A DNA stretch of 64,000 nt, taken from NCBI GenBank assembly GCA_051362555.1, contig CM120647.1, positions 10,826,651-10,890,650 on the forward strand. Reading direction: 5' to 3'. Below, piece by piece: positions 45,703-59,384 of the stretch. Position 1 is the stretch's first letter, and every line of letters starts with the position of its first letter. The translations under genes were made by a program, and so were the position numbers. The stretch comes from Lingula anatina. Taxonomy: Eukaryota; Animalia; Brachiopoda. The notes below the pieces were generated by a model that was not told the DNA's origin, did not search any database, and saw only the letters and a program-made list of their open reading frames with translations.

Positions 45703-48700
45703 TTTTCTTTTTTTTTTGTTTTTGTTTTAAGCAGGTAAACTACAGAAATTACTCTTCCAGTAAAACACTCACGAAAATATCAACGTACTGTCAATTATTC
45801 ATTACAGGGAGGTTCCTAGACTACCTGATAGAGCCTGCACCCATTCTGTTACCATTTCAATTCCCAGAGAAAACCAAAATTACCCATGTGGCATGTGGGA
45901 GGGCACACACTGTGGTTGCCACGGATACAGAGGGAGGTAAATCAGATAATTGGTTGCTATGGTTTTAAAAGGCTTGTTTGACGTGGGCATTTCTATGGAA
46001 AGTTGAAACAGGTTTTTAAAATCTCACTTTAAATCTTGAGATTCCCTATTAAATCAGTTGAATTACTTCTTCTTCCAGTGTTCACTTTGGGCAACAACAG
46101 CTGTGGGCAGTGTGGAAGGAAAATTGTGGAAGGGGAAGAGTATAGGTGAGTAGATATCATTAGAAATAAGTAAAAAATTGTGGGAAAAGGGGAAGGTGTT
46201 AGCGATTGGATGTGTTTGGGTGAGTATAGATAATAATTATGATCATAAAACAGTTGTGCAAAATGTGGCAGTGTAAGATGTGATGGAAGTTGCTAGATCT
46301 ATTATTTATGTTCAGATAAGTTTGATTTGTATGTCGACAAGTATATTGATATACATTATTTGTATTAATTTGTCATGTCTTTGCTGTCAACCTTTTGATT
46401 TGAAACTCCTAAAACTAAGTTGATGTTGGTTCATTTGATAAGCCAGTCAAAGTCCATGTGTAAAGCATCATAACATTTTTTCTGAGAACAGTACTCTCTT
46501 CATTGTGTGTGTGAGGTTGAAGATAAAAATAATAAAAGTATTTACTCAGTTTATTTTACCATTCCTTGCAGCCACAACCCATTAGTGAACAAAGTGCCAT
46601 TTGATGAGGAAATCAGACAGGTGATCTGTGGCCAGGACCACACTGCAATACTCACCCAGAGTGGGCAGCTCTACACCTGTGGTCTGGGGGCAGATGGACA
46701 GACAGGTAGGTGTGTGTGGTGGTGGGGGGGCAGATGTACAGACAGGTAGGTGTGTGTGGTGGTGGGGGGGCAGATGTACAGACAGGTAGGTGTGTGTGGT
46801 GGTGGGGGGGCAGATGTACAGACAGGTAGGTGTGTGTGGTGGTGGGGGGGCAGATGGACAGACAGGTAGGTGTGTGTGGTGGTGGGGGGGCAGATGGACA
46901 GACAGGTAGGTGTGTGTGGTGGTGGGGGGGCAGATGGACAGACAGGTAGGTGTGTGTGGTGGTGGGGGGGCAGATGGACAGACAGGTAGGTGTGTGTGGT
47001 GGTGGGGGGGCAGATGGACAGACAGGTAGGTGTGTGTGGTGGTGGGGGGACAGATGTACAGACAGGTAGGTGTGTGTGGTGGTGGGGGGGCAGATGTACA
47101 GACAGGTAGGTGTGTGTGGTGGTGGTGGGGGGGGGGACAGATGTACAGACAGGTAGGTGTGTGTGGTGGTGGTGGGGGGGGGGACAGATGTACAGACAGG
47201 TAGGTGTGTGTGGTGGGGGGGCAGATGTACAGACAGGTAGGTGTGTGTGGTGGTGGTGGGGGGGCAGATGTACAGACAGGTAGGTGTGTGTGGTGGTGGT
47301 GGGGGGGGACAGATGTACAGACAGGTAGGTGTGTGTGGTGGGGGGGGACAGATGTACAGACAGGTAGGTGTGTGTGGTGGTGGGGGGGGGACAGATGTAC
47401 AGACAGGTAGGTGTGTGTGGTGGGGGGGGACAGATGTACAGACAGGTAGGTGTGTGTGGTGGTGGTGGGGGGCAGATGTACAGACAGGTAGGTGTGTGTG
47501 GTGGTGGTGGGGGGCAGATGTACAGACAGGTAGGTGTGTGTGTGGTGGGGGGGACAGATGTACAGACAGGTAGGTGTGTGTGGTGGTGGTGGGGGGCAGA
47601 TGTACAGACAGGTAGGTGTGTGGGGGGGGGGGGTAGATTGACAGACAGGTAAGTGTGTGGGGGGGGGCGGGGAGGGGGGTAGATGGACAGATGGGTAGGT
47701 GTGGTGGCAGGTGGATAGACAGGTAGGTGGGGGGTTGTTAAATGGACAGATAGACAGGTATGTTGTTTCTGGTTAATCCACCATCCAGTCATTTTCTAAC
47801 CAGCTCCCAAATGTAAATACATTGCCGATCACATATACAAACTCTTTTAATTCTATTTAAACAAGTATTTATGCCTTGTAAAGATTTATTTCAAAGTCTC
47901 TCATAGAAGAGGACACCTGTGTTTTCTTCTCCAGGTCTTGGCCACCATGATTGTGCTGACAGTTTGACTCTGGTCCGGGGTGATCTACAGGGGGAGAAGA
48001 TTGTCCACATCGCTGGACGCTCGGACACAATGTTGGCTGTGTCAGGTGAGAGATCACACCTGAGGATGACAAAGTTCCGATGATGCAGTATTCGCACATA
48101 TTTTAAGGCTGTTTGAAGTAGTTTTCAATGGACACTGCTTGAATCAAACCACCATGTATTTTGAAAATGTTTGAAATAATATGTATTTGGATATGTGATT
48201 ACATGTTTTAGAATATATTTGAATATCTGATAACATATATAACAGTTCTTGTATCTTTAAAAAATGTGACCTTGTTAGAGTGTGTGTGTGTGTGTGTGTG
48301 TGTGTCAAGTCCTAGTTTTCAGTTAATATAGCTTTGTCTAAAGTAATATGTCCCATATTTCAGTCAGGGGATGTATGTTGTGCTGTCTCTATATTCCAGA
48401 CAAGGGAGAGGTGGTTTCAGTTAGTATACTATAACAATGTATAAAATAATTATACTTATCCCATATTTCAGTCAGGGGATGTATGTTGTGCTGTCTCTAT
48501 ATTCCAGACAAGGGAGACATGTTTGGCTGGGGTAACAATGAGTACTATCAACTGGACTGTGTGGAGAAGGACCGGACGCAGGTCACCGAACCCAGACGTC
48601 TCCCGATCAGTGACAAGATTGGTAAAGTGACACAGGTGGCGGCCGGAGGCACAAACTGTGGGCTAGTCAATGGTCAGTCTAGGTGGTTTTGTATCAGTTA

Positions 48701-49853
48701 TTTCATCTGTTAGGAAATGTCAAGTAGACTATTGTAAAAAAATTAAAGGCTTTTTGTTTTCTTACAAAGATTCTGTGGTTAAAGTAAAGTCGGCTACAAT
48801 TTCAAAAATTAGATTTGTATCATGAAATTTTTATGTTATAATGATTCATGCATATTTAAATGGATGTAGTCTTTGTATGGAGAAATTCTGGTTTAGAAAG
48901 TTTTGCCTATTAGAACGGATTACATGAGCTATCGATACTAACTGTGTAACCTGTGATAAGTTGTATTTTCATTATGGTCTAGGTTTTACCTGATGGAGCG
49001 GAATCTAACAACATCCATTGTGATACTAAACTCTATAACCTGCTGCATTTTATTCTTATTCTGGTTTAAGATTAACTTGATGTAACAGATAACATCAGTT
49101 ATATGATACTCACTCCAAAATCAGTTACATGTTGTATTCTCATTCTGCTTTAAGAATTCTCACCTGATAAAAGCAGCTTGCATCAGCCATGATACTAAGG
49201 CTCTATTCCCATAGATTTTAGATCGATCTATCCCCGCGGGGAGTCTCACTAGATTACTTTCAGATAATCCGACTTAAATGTCCGCCCCGCCTACTACAAG
49301 CTGTAAGAGGGTAATTAACTTTCGTGTCCGCACGGCTGACAGCTATTTAGCGTGAACGCCCAGGGAGTTAGGTCGATCTAAAGTAGGTCGATCTAATCTA
49401 TGGAAATGGGGTGTTATTCTGCCCATCTGGGATCCCTCCCATGTTGTTTATAAATGTTTATATAGGTTTATACATGTTATGGTCCATTCTGCTGTAAGAA
49501 TTATCAACTGACAGAGCAGGATCCCTATCATACTGTTTGTTTATATTTATATATGTCATGTTGTAATCTCCCCCAGAGGGTGGAGAGGTCTATGTCTGGG
49601 GCTATGGTATCCTGGGGAAGGGACCAGCACTAGACCAGAGCCCAGTACCCACACGGATCCCTCCCATACTGTTTGGCAGAAATGACTTCACTCCGGACAC
49701 CAAGGTGACCTCTCTGACCAGTGGTCTCAGCCAGTTTGCTGCTATTACTGGTAGGTGTAGAGTAAGCAGGGGGGAAAGTGTTCTGGAATATGCTGGATTT
49801 TCTGGGTTTTCAGTATTTATTTTGGTTGGTTCCACATGTTGTCTTAATCTGGT

Positions 49854-49888
<35 letters not shown>

Positions 49889-50932
49889 CTTTGGGGGGGG
49901 GGGGGTTCTAGTCAAATTGTATTTTAAAAATAATGAAACTTCACAAGTGGGTCAAGAGAAGATTAAGTTATCATTAGTTTAATTTCCCACTCAGTTTGTC
50001 TCTTAGCACACTTCAAAGATATTTTAAAATAACTGTAAGTTAAACTTGTGAAGAATCTTGTGTCAATACCTACTTATATTTGTCTGTTCTTACCATTTAA
50101 ACTGTAAGTTAAGCCCCCTTTACACTGGACGGCATCCCTTCTGCGTCCAGCAGTTCGGCCCCATTTGAGAGTTAAAGAATTATAATACTTTACGTGCCGA
50201 CAACTGGCCGACCATTGAGCATTCATTCTGATACCAAATCAATGCTCGTGCCTCCTTATTAAGACCACAGCGATGCCAAAATTCATGGTCGCAGAAAGGA
50301 CGCCGTCCAGTGTAAAGGGGGTATTAGTTTTAAAGTGGCAGTTTCATGTCTTAATGCACAATATCAAATTTCCTCCATTTCAGACAGAGGAGACCTGTAC
50401 ATGTGGGGGAAGAACAAAACTGGCGCCCTGGGCCTTGGCACCAGAAAGGACCAATTTTTCCCTCTCAAGGTAATTCTTCCTCGTTCTTCTTTTCCCTTTC
50501 TTAATTCCGTAATATGGAGTCACAGAGGTGCTGCGCTGACAATCAGCACATGAAACTTCTCCGTTTTTTTTTTTTTTTTTTTCGGTTGTGTGCCAGTGCC
50601 TGGATCTGGCAGAAGCTCAGGTCTGTCCATTCTTTAATGTGGTCTTCCAATAGTTTCTTTTGTCTACCTCTGCACCTCATTTTGTATGCAATTTGTAAAT
50701 ACAACCACCAAAATCCAAGAATTTTGACATTGGCTTATATGAACTAAAGCTTGAGCAGAGAATTTGTAGGTCAGATGTATTACAACAGTTACAGTAACAT
50801 TTTATATTTCCTCATTTCAGTAATGTGTTCTTAAAAGTTGTTTTATATCCCCAGGTTTCTCTTCCCTCCATGGCCGAGGCTGTTAGCTGTGGGGTGGACC
50901 ATGTGGTCTGCATTGGGAAGTCGTTTTGCTGA
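43161..50932 (+). CDS. RCC1L: RCC1-like mitochondrial protein (WBSCR16)
   Basis: 12 exons: 43161-43226, 43855-44446, ~44752-44818, ~45114-45277, ~45808-45936, ~46079-46145, ~46571-46705, ~47935-48045, ~48508-48672, ~49577-49750, ~50384-50469, 50855-50932. Motifs RVYVWGYAGVGALG, ACGNGFT, GINSDSQIG, VACGRAHT, CGQDHT, GADGQTGLG, GWGNNEYYQL, VWGYGILGKGP and CGVDH. Confidence 0.92.
43373..43615. mobile_element. Near-perfect palindromic MITE (PIF/Harbinger-like, TTA TSD)
   Basis: TTA|GGCTTCGTTCACATGCAATGTCTATTTTCTA ... TAGAAAATAGACATTGCATGTGAACGAAGCC|TTA; the arms pair almost to the centre near 43500. Confidence 0.85.
45257..45590. repeat. Compound minisatellite derived from the RCC1L exon end and donor
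   Basis: GAGGCTCCTAAGG..G|GT(G/A)GGTATATAACC occurs four times, interspersed with 23-bp AACCCCACACTGCTTCACAGTGT units. Confidence 0.9.
46686..47760. repeat. G-rich ~40-bp minisatellite, about 24+ copies, each containing a splice donor
   Basis: Unit GGGGGCAGATG(G/T)ACAGACAG|GTAGGTGTGTGTGGTGGTG; the first unit is the genuine exon end (GADGQT|G). Confidence 0.95.
49202..49412. mobile_element. Palindromic MITE (similar elements at 54770-55022 and ~57870-58090)
   Basis: ATTCCCATAGATTT..AGATCGATCTA ... TAGGTCGATCTAATCTATGGAAATGGGG; the three elements share a central GGGTAATT. Confidence 0.55.
50113..50320 (+). mobile_element. MITE with GCCCCCTTTACACTGGACG TIRs
   Basis: TIR partner CGTCCAGTGTAAAGGGGG; second copy at 33617-33817. 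Confidence 0.8.
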
Positions 50933-51725
50933 AGTTTTATCAGTGGTCATCTTAAAACTGACCAGTAGTTGTAAAATATGTAGTGACCTCTGTTGTGACC
51001 ATGACTGTGGACTGAATTGAAAGAATACAGGTCTGATACTACTTCTGTTTGAACTGGTACAATACTTACTTCTGGTTGTTCTTAGAATTTTTCTTATCAA
51101 ACTTTCAAGTTGAAGGAGGATTGTATTCTTTGTCGGGAATTGTCTTCAGGCTTATTTAAATGATTAAGCTCAGGAGAGGATTGTATTTAAACAAGTTCAA
51201 AGTCTAACTCCAACCTCAACAAACAATTTGAGATAATGTTGCAAACAATGTGCAATAACTCTAATAAAATGTTTCTAATGGGTAATTTACAAGAATTGAA
51301 AGTAATTCGTAGCATTTAGTGACTGGGAATAAAATGCTTTTACACACCTGAAATGATTTTATTTGATGATTTTTATGAACATGTCAATAATAAAAATAAG
51401 AGTCCAGTATTTCAGTAAACACAAATTGAGAGTTTATTGACTTTCCATACTGCTCACTGCAGACAACTGAAGTTGGCATAACAGCACAAGACGGCTCAGG
51501 TTAATTACAACACAACGATGAATTACCTTCACAACTATGTACATGCTTTTCTCAAATTTATTCAATGTAAGGATGGTATTAAGTACAGTTATTTCTTAAT
51601 ACTCTGTGACTGCGGGATCCCAGATGGAGATGAGGCTCTCGGCACCGCACTTTAATTTAAAGTCTACATTGGCATTGCCGAGTGTTTGTTGGTTGTCGCA
51701 GATTTTATTTCTGGAATTTCTGAAG

Positions 51726-54700
51726 TTAGACCTTGTTAAACGCAACGATGTCTGTACTCTGGACCTGAAAAAGAAGAAGAAAAAAATCATTAAAATCCAA
51801 AATACACTCTCATAAAAACAAACAAAAATTGTTAACTTTTACCTAAATGACCTTTGCCAAGTTATGAAGAAGATATTTATAATAGTCTTAGACTGCACCA
51901 CTGTTAATGAGGGGGAAAATTAACACATGTAAGCTTACAAAGTCTTCAAATTCACGAATTTGGTCTTCTAAATCTTCAGTGCTGACTTTATCATCTTCTA
52001 TTACACACATAATCTGAAGTTTTTTGATGCCATAACCAACTGGGACTAGCTTAGCTGAAAAGAAAAAGGTAAAATATACAGATATAACAGTTTAGGAAAA
52101 GGTTAATTTTTTTCTTCATGTAACCTTCAAACAGAAACAAGTTTTGTTATTATGATCCTGGTATCTGTCACATCTGAATTCACAGGACATGCACACTTGA
52201 ATATAGAAATAAAACTTAAAGGCAAGTGAAGCAGAACAAAGCAGTGTCTTTGTGTGTGTGCATGCATGTGTTCATTTCCAACCAGCAGAGCACATCACAT
52301 TATAGGAACCCAAATGTACTTACAGGCTCCCCACACCAGCCCATCCATAGCTACAGAACGCACAGACTTCTCCAGCTCCGCCATGTCTGTTTCGTCATCC
52401 CACGGTTTGATGTCAAGGACAACGGTGGACTTGGCGATCACAGCAGGCTCTGGAATTGTAGAAAAATACAATATCTCAGGCACATCTTAGTGTTAAATTG
52501 AAAGTATAATATTAATCTTTAATGTCTAGGTGAACATGATACAAAGTTATAAATAAGACAACCTAGGGTAATAGGAATATTCTCTTTTTTATATATCTGC
52601 CCATTCATACGAAGCAAACAAGAGTCCGATAGAACTTGCATCATTTCAATACCATAAAAAATAAATTAAATAACAAATCAATAACAAACTTATTGAATTT
52701 ACTGAATTTGAGATATTTGATAACAAGGAAGAGTATTTGACAACATAAGGCCTACAACTTTTTTTTCTTACTAACAAGCCAACTACCCCCTGCCATGTCC
52801 ACATAAATCAAACACTTTATTCTCCTTACTTTTAGATTTCTTAGCCGCATAAGCTTCCAGTCTCTCTTGTTTCAGCTTCTCTGCTGCTGCATCTTCGTCT
52901 TCATCACCAGATCCAAACAGCTCAAAATCATCATCATCGTCGTCATCATCATCTGCTGGAGCTGGCTTAGCGGGTGCTGGTTTAGCAGGTGCTGTCTTGG
53001 CCGGTGCTGCCCCCTTTCCACTCTCCAGGGCAGAGATTCTGGAGGTCAGTTTTGTGACCATGGCCTGGAGGTCCTGGGTCACTGGAATTCACAACACAGT
53101 GACCATTATGTGGACGCTGACTGACGGATCTCAATTAACTCAAAATTCACATGCTTAGATCACAAAGCAATTCTTGTAAGGACCTAGCACGGATTTGGCT
53201 AAGAATAGCATTCGCCTGTCATCACTCTTCAAAATTAAATAAAACAAATCAATTATTCGATTTCTGAAAAGCTCTTTTTTAGATGAAATTTATGGAACAA
53301 ATAACTTTTTGGACTTTTGAAAAGCTGTCAATTTTTTACATGTATGCAATTTAAAATTAATGGAATCACCCTTTATTTAAAAAAAGATACCTTTCTCCAG
53401 ATGTTCTATTCTACCGAGCATGGCCGAGTCTCCACTTACAGCTGATCCCTGCAATATATAATATTATATAATATAAAATACACACAGACAGATTACAGCA
53501 GATCTCTGCAATACATAATATATGCAGATTCCCCCCCCCCCCCCGCGAGTCCTTCAATATCCTGCAACTTATATTGTTAACAGGATTTGACAAATTTACT
53601 TTTTAACATAGTAAAAATTAAATAGGTATATTATATATCATATGTATAAATGAAATTTAAAGATTGCTAAAGAAGCTTTGGAGCACTTAACATACTAAGA
53701 CCTGATATTTAAGAAACACAGGCAATACAAAAATTTCAAAGGTGCAAATGATCAATTAAAAATGACATGGATAAAGAAATATTGGCAATTCAAAAATTTC
53801 AATGGTGCAAACTATCAATTAAAAATGACATGGTTAACTCATTGTGATAATTCATTTAAATGCCTCATCCTCAAGACATCTGGATAAAAATGTAAAATTA
53901 TTAACTGCCACCTGTACTTTCCTCATCATACATACATAACCCTTATCCAACTTGTTACATCTATCACATGCATCACAGAAAAGGCCAAGAACAAATAGCT
54001 CATTTCAACTTGGTGATAAATTTATGAAGTCACAATAAACAAAAGAAAAAAAAATGACGAAAACAAAATAAAAAAATATTTCTCATGTAATAATTTGCCT
54101 GCCATTAGAGCATGCATTACAAAATTATTTGCACATTCTTACTAAAAGAATATGAATGCTAAGCACAAGACGTATTGGAAATAGTTCAGTTGAGCAATAA
54201 TGTCATTACAGACAAAAAAAGCTTTTAAACTTTCAGAATACATGCAAAAAAGTATTAAAAATCCATTTTTCTTTCTGCAAATCATAAATAGGATGAAACA
54301 ACTATGTTTTATTCTTTAAAATCTTAAAAATCCATTTTTCTTTCTGCAAATCATAAGTGGGATGAAACAACTATGTTTTATTTTTTTAAATTGATAACTT
54401 ATTTCACTGTATCATATAAAAATGGGAAAAAAATCAAATTTGTTCAAATCTTTTTAGTCCAATTATCCTGAGCATCTGGAGTTTCTTTTCTTTTTTTTTT
54501 TAATCTTGAAGTAGACTAAGAACATCTCCTAGGTTAATATTCAAATAATGATTTTTAAATATCCCTTGTCTCATACTTAAAAAAAAAAAACATAACACAT
54601 CTGCTATCTTCAATTCTAATACACGAGACATCAAAATAAAAAGGACAAAGTACAATTAAGTCTAGGTAATAAATGAATAATGCTAAGCTAGGGGTTGGTA

Positions 54701-56471
54701 AGGCAGGAGAAAAATCAGGTAAGAGTCTTCCACTGAAATATATACAGATACATAAAATGCCAAGCTTATACCCCATTCCCATACCTAAATCGATCTAACA
54801 GAATTGATCCATCTCTCAGGGGTTTCTCACTAAATTGCAATCAACTTAAGAAGCTTAGATGTCTGTCACGCTTACTGAAGCTGCTAGGGGGTAATTTATT
54901 GTAATTTAGCAGCTTCAGTAGGCATGCTAGACATCAAAGCCACTTAAGCTGAAATCAATTTAGCGAGAAACCCCTTGGAGATGGATTGATCCTGTTAAAT
55001 CAATCTAGATATGGGAATGGAGTCTTAGAAGCACAGGGTTGATCACTGAGAAAGATGCGAGTCACTGCCTTTTTTCTTTCCATGACAATTTGATTGAAAT
55101 GTTCAGTGCATAACATTACAATACTCTATGAAATAAAAGATGCTATGGATATACATTGAACAACAAATTACTCACATCTGACTTTAATGTGTTTTGAATT
55201 CTCTGCCTAGCTTGTATAATCTGATCCACTAGTTCACTGTGCTTAGACCCCTACAATAAGATCAAAACAATGTCCACAAAAAATTAGTCTCTCTGCAGTT
55301 GAGAGATGACGGTCAGTAATACAAGAGCAAGATGCTTTTGATATAAAATTAAGTACGAAAAACTGAGTACAAATCACCAAAATGTAAAGTGAAAAAAAAA
55401 GAACCCTATTGCCATATTATGATTTCTCACAAAATAAAATATTTTTCATAAATGGTAGTAAAAAAAAGTAGCCTTTAAGTTTGAATGCCCTTTTCACCTT
55501 CCTTTCTCACCACAGAGTCAAATAACAGAACAGAACAGAACAGGTAGAACACGTAGAACATATTGCGTCACTTCACAACACAACACAACTCTGAAGTTCT
55601 GAAATATTATCTCTCAATAAAAACTTTCTGTGAAAAATATCAGAAAAAATATTATTTTCTTTCAATTAGCTGATGCTAGTGCTGTCCTCTCCATACAATT
55701 ACAATACCAGTATACCTTTTACCCGGCGCTTTATATATGCTATGTAGGCCTGAAGGCAGGTGGTGGGGGGAGGAGTTTGAAAGAACCATCATTATGGACA
55801 GAACAGGTGCAGTAAGACTCAAATTTTGACCCAAGTTCTATAGAATTTTTCAAGTTTGATTAACTAAGGGGGTAAAGTACACTTTTTCAGACCCACCCCC
55901 ATCCTCTATGAAATTGCTGACTACAGGCCTACTGTGTGATCCTCCACAACCTTGGAATAGTGTCAGTCTGTAGTTTGCCTCAGTTTTTGGCCTTATATGC
56001 TACAAAGGTAAAGCATCTTGATACCCTGTGTTAGAAATGTTCTGAGGCTTTATGTCATTTCCAAATGGCATGCAGAAGTGGAGCAAAAGTGTACTACAAA
56101 GACTAAAATGTGGTTTGTGAACCTTTATAAAAGGACTTAAAATCTGAGCATATAAAGTTTGTGACAGAAAACAGTTTTCCCAAGATGTGGATACATATGG
56201 CCTCTGGAGTTTCTAACAAAGGGTTAATGAGGCCTTATCAATGTAGCAAGGCAAAAAAAAAAATTAGATAAGTCTGTAGTCAGCATCATGCAGCACTGAC
56301 AATGATCACCTGTTTTCTCACCTGTTGTCCACCTGTCTTAGTGGGACTAGCCTTGGCACCTCCCGTCTGAGCACCAGCGGTGCCGGCCAGTTTCTCCTGG
56401 TACATGCGCTCAGCGTCATCAAAGCGCCACTTGTCAAACCACACTTTCTCCTGCATCATTGCCGCTGCCAT
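51726..56471 (-). CDS. EEF1D: Translation elongation factor 1-delta (eEF1B delta)
   Basis: Exons 56471-56322, 55250-55176, 53448-53391, 53081-52830, 52449-52324, 52054-51939, 51764-51726. Motifs [15 protein letters not shown] (delta-type N-terminus), a leucine zipper, [40 protein letters not shown] and [12 protein letters not shown]. Confidence 0.95.
54770..55022. mobile_element. Palindromic MITE in an EEF1D intron
   Basis: CCCCATTCCATACCTAAATCGATCTAACAG ... CTGTTAAATCAATCTAGATATGGGAATGGAG with long internal arms. Confidence 0.65.
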
Positions 56472-57025
56472 TGTCTGCTGGTGCTAGGGAAGGAACTCTG
56501 TACTGAGTATACAGAAATAAAAAATGGCACGTTACTTTGGAACATGGTCGCACATATCCAAGCCTCTCTGTCACCTTGATTGTTTAATCAAACTGGTAAC
56601 TGAACCTAAAACCACAGTCCTGTATAGTCATGCCAGACTTGGACAATGATAATAATATGACCTCACGCCCAACATATTGAAAATTTAGCAATCTCTATTA
56701 TGCAAGTACTCCACGATTATGATTTAGTAAGAAGATGGATACTAAATATCAAAATTGAACTCTGTGTAAATGTTACGCTGGTGTACATTATTTTAGTCCA
56801 CCTTTGACAAGAAAAAAATCACCACATGTTGTTGAAACGTGTCACAAGTTTTTGTGAAACAACCAAACGCCGGGGCACTCTTTTCTTTTTCATGAGAAGA
56901 GACACGTCTTTAAGTTACCAAAAACATGACAATAAGCATTAATTTTAACTAGGCAATTGGTTATTTCAATATTTCTGTTCGTCATTTCAAACATTTGACA
57001 AAAATTTGGCAGAGCTTTCACGTAC

Positions 57026-57264
57026 CGACTGCACAGGTTTGAAACCGGAAGCAAAAGGCCATGTGGAGCCTCGACATCGAAATGGCTGTCTCGCATCAAA
57101 TCGACAAACGAAGAAAATTAAAATATTTTGTATTTTGTCCAAAAAATCCGAAATTTAATTAAACAGAAAATTTTTAAAATTAAGTGATTTTGATTCACGT
57201 GTAAAAGTGTCTAATCATTCACAATTTTCCTTATAGTTGTCACGAGGCAAATCATAGCGTCAAA
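57026..57264. promoter_or_regulatory. Bidirectional promoter EEF1D/CHRAC1 with a TOP-like EEF1D first exon
   Basis: Minus strand reads CCTTTTGCTTCCGGTTTC...GTCG|GTACGT (57058-57026). CHRAC1 ATG in AAAATGGCGG at 57265. Confidence 0.65.
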
Positions 57265-59332
57265 ATGGCGGACAAAGAAAAGACAGAAAAGGCGGCACAA
57301 ATATCTTTGCCTCTGTCTAGGATTAAGACGATAATGAAGAGCTCCCCAGATGTTTCTAACATAAGCCAAGATTGCCTGTTTCTTATAGCAAAGGCAACAG
57401 TAAGTTTTACTTGTCTCATCAACTATCCATCGTAACGTCATTACTAACCGTCCCTTTCCCGTTGTTGTTGACAGAGGCAGATCTTACTCAGTGAAACTAA
57501 AATTCACATAAAACGTCTTTCGAATATCACACTAGTTGATCAAAAAGTCAAAAATCCGATTTAAATCGATAAACCTAGTATTTTTGAATTAAATACACCC
57601 AATAAGAATAATGAGTCCACTCCAATGCTAGAGCTACTGAGTATCAAATTCTTTTTTCTCTTACCTCAACTCCTCAAGTCCCATGCTGATGAAAAAGGAA
57701 CAATTTTACTGTCGACAGCTCTTTGAACAACACAAAAATCGTAATACCAATAGTATTGCCATGTAATAATGTCTTTTTAGGTGTTAGCACACATACTGAA
57801 TATCAGAAAAAGTAAATAGTGGCTAACACATAAATATTGGTGGAACTATGCATTATGAGAGCATTCAGACAAACCCATCATACTAGCTGGATCAATCTTA
57901 ACTCTTGCAAGAAATACTCCTTAAGTGCAATCACTGTAATCAGCTTAAATGTCTGATATGCCTCCCCGAGTTGCTAGGGGTAATTAGCTAATTAACTACT
58001 AAGTAGCTACTCGAAGAGGCGTGTCAGACAATTAAGAATGCACTTTAGCGCTAATCCCCAGCAGAGTTAGATAGATCCATTTGGTAAGATTTTGGAATCT
58101 GAACTCAATCTTCGTGTCCTGTGTCCAGGTCTGACTATTTGTTGTTTTACAGGAGCTGTTTGTGCAGGACCTGGCTGTAGAAGCACTGAAGAGAAGCAGA
58201 GAGGAGAACAAAGTGGACTATAAAGACCTGGCTGAAATTGTGAACACAGATGATAATTTAGAATTTTTACATGGTAAGCATTGACAAGCATTATCTTTGA
58301 TTTATCATACTGACCCTCTCAGCCTCCGCTCAGGGATCAGTTTTTATCTTTTATATCTTTATTTGTTCATGGTCAGTAGATAAGTATCTTGTGACATTGT
58401 ATTGTAATTATAAGAAAGCAGTTTGAAAAAAAATGTATTGCTGGTATCACTTATGTGAGGTGTTTTGTTAGTTGTGGCAGTTTATTGTGCTAGCTGTTCA
58501 TTTAGTTCTGTCAGCACAATATGTCTGTTGTTCTGTCATTTCTGACAGCACATTTTGTTAGATGTTCTGCCTGCTGTGACACAATCCTGCCAGTGCAGTG
58601 GTGACATTTTCTATCATTGCTTAAGAGGACAAAGAAACTTGCTACCATTTCTGTCAGGTACTAAGCAGGTTTATATGTGAGTTAGTGCTAAAACTCCCCT
58701 TTTCAGCCCTATGCTAAAACCGACTTAAATTGGCTACACAAAACAGGGTTGATTTGACTTGTTTTTAGTTAAATTTAGGACATTTTAAGAAAAAAAGTGA
58801 TGAAAGAGTAGTGATTTGGCAAAGCAAAAAAAAAAAAAAAACATTCCCAGTGCTACCCTAGATATGGGTATAATATATAGCAATTAACCTGACTCTGATT
58901 AAGAATTGGTCCTGGAGTCAATGAGGTCACGTGAAGTCGGGCGCAGAATGAACAGATCTGATGGCCAGCAAGAATGGTTTCTAACAGATATATTAGGTAT
59001 AAAATAACAAAGTTATTGACCTTACTTTGAGAAATGTTCCAAGAGTCAATGAGGTCACAGAGTGAGCAGATCTGATGTTGAACAATAATGGTTTCTAACA
59101 GGTATCTAATATACTGATATTAAAGTGTTTACACGAGGATCAATAGGTTGGAAGGTGTATTGATAGAGTGGGGAAATAATTCATAAAAAGAATCAATATT
59201 TTCCACACTCATATGGGATATCAATGGATTGTGTAAGATTAACTCGACCTCAGTAAAACATCTTAAACTGATTCGTAAAGTTGGGTAACATGAGAAACCA
59301 GTCACACACGTATGTGGGCACGCACACAAGCA

Positions 59333-59384
<52 letters not shown>

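Noticed and set aside
46671-47792. 373-aa Pro/Thr/His-rich ORF on the minus strand and overlapping plus-strand ORFs
   Set aside because: Translation of the 40-bp intronic minisatellite, which lacks stops on that strand; it is antisense to RCC1L.
53090-53940. Box C-like RTGATGA motifs in EEF1D introns (~53227, ~53929) and a short GAGGCATTT rRNA complement as snoRNAs
   Set aside because: No properly placed terminal CTGA box D or closing stem was found; an Infernal/snoscan search would be needed.
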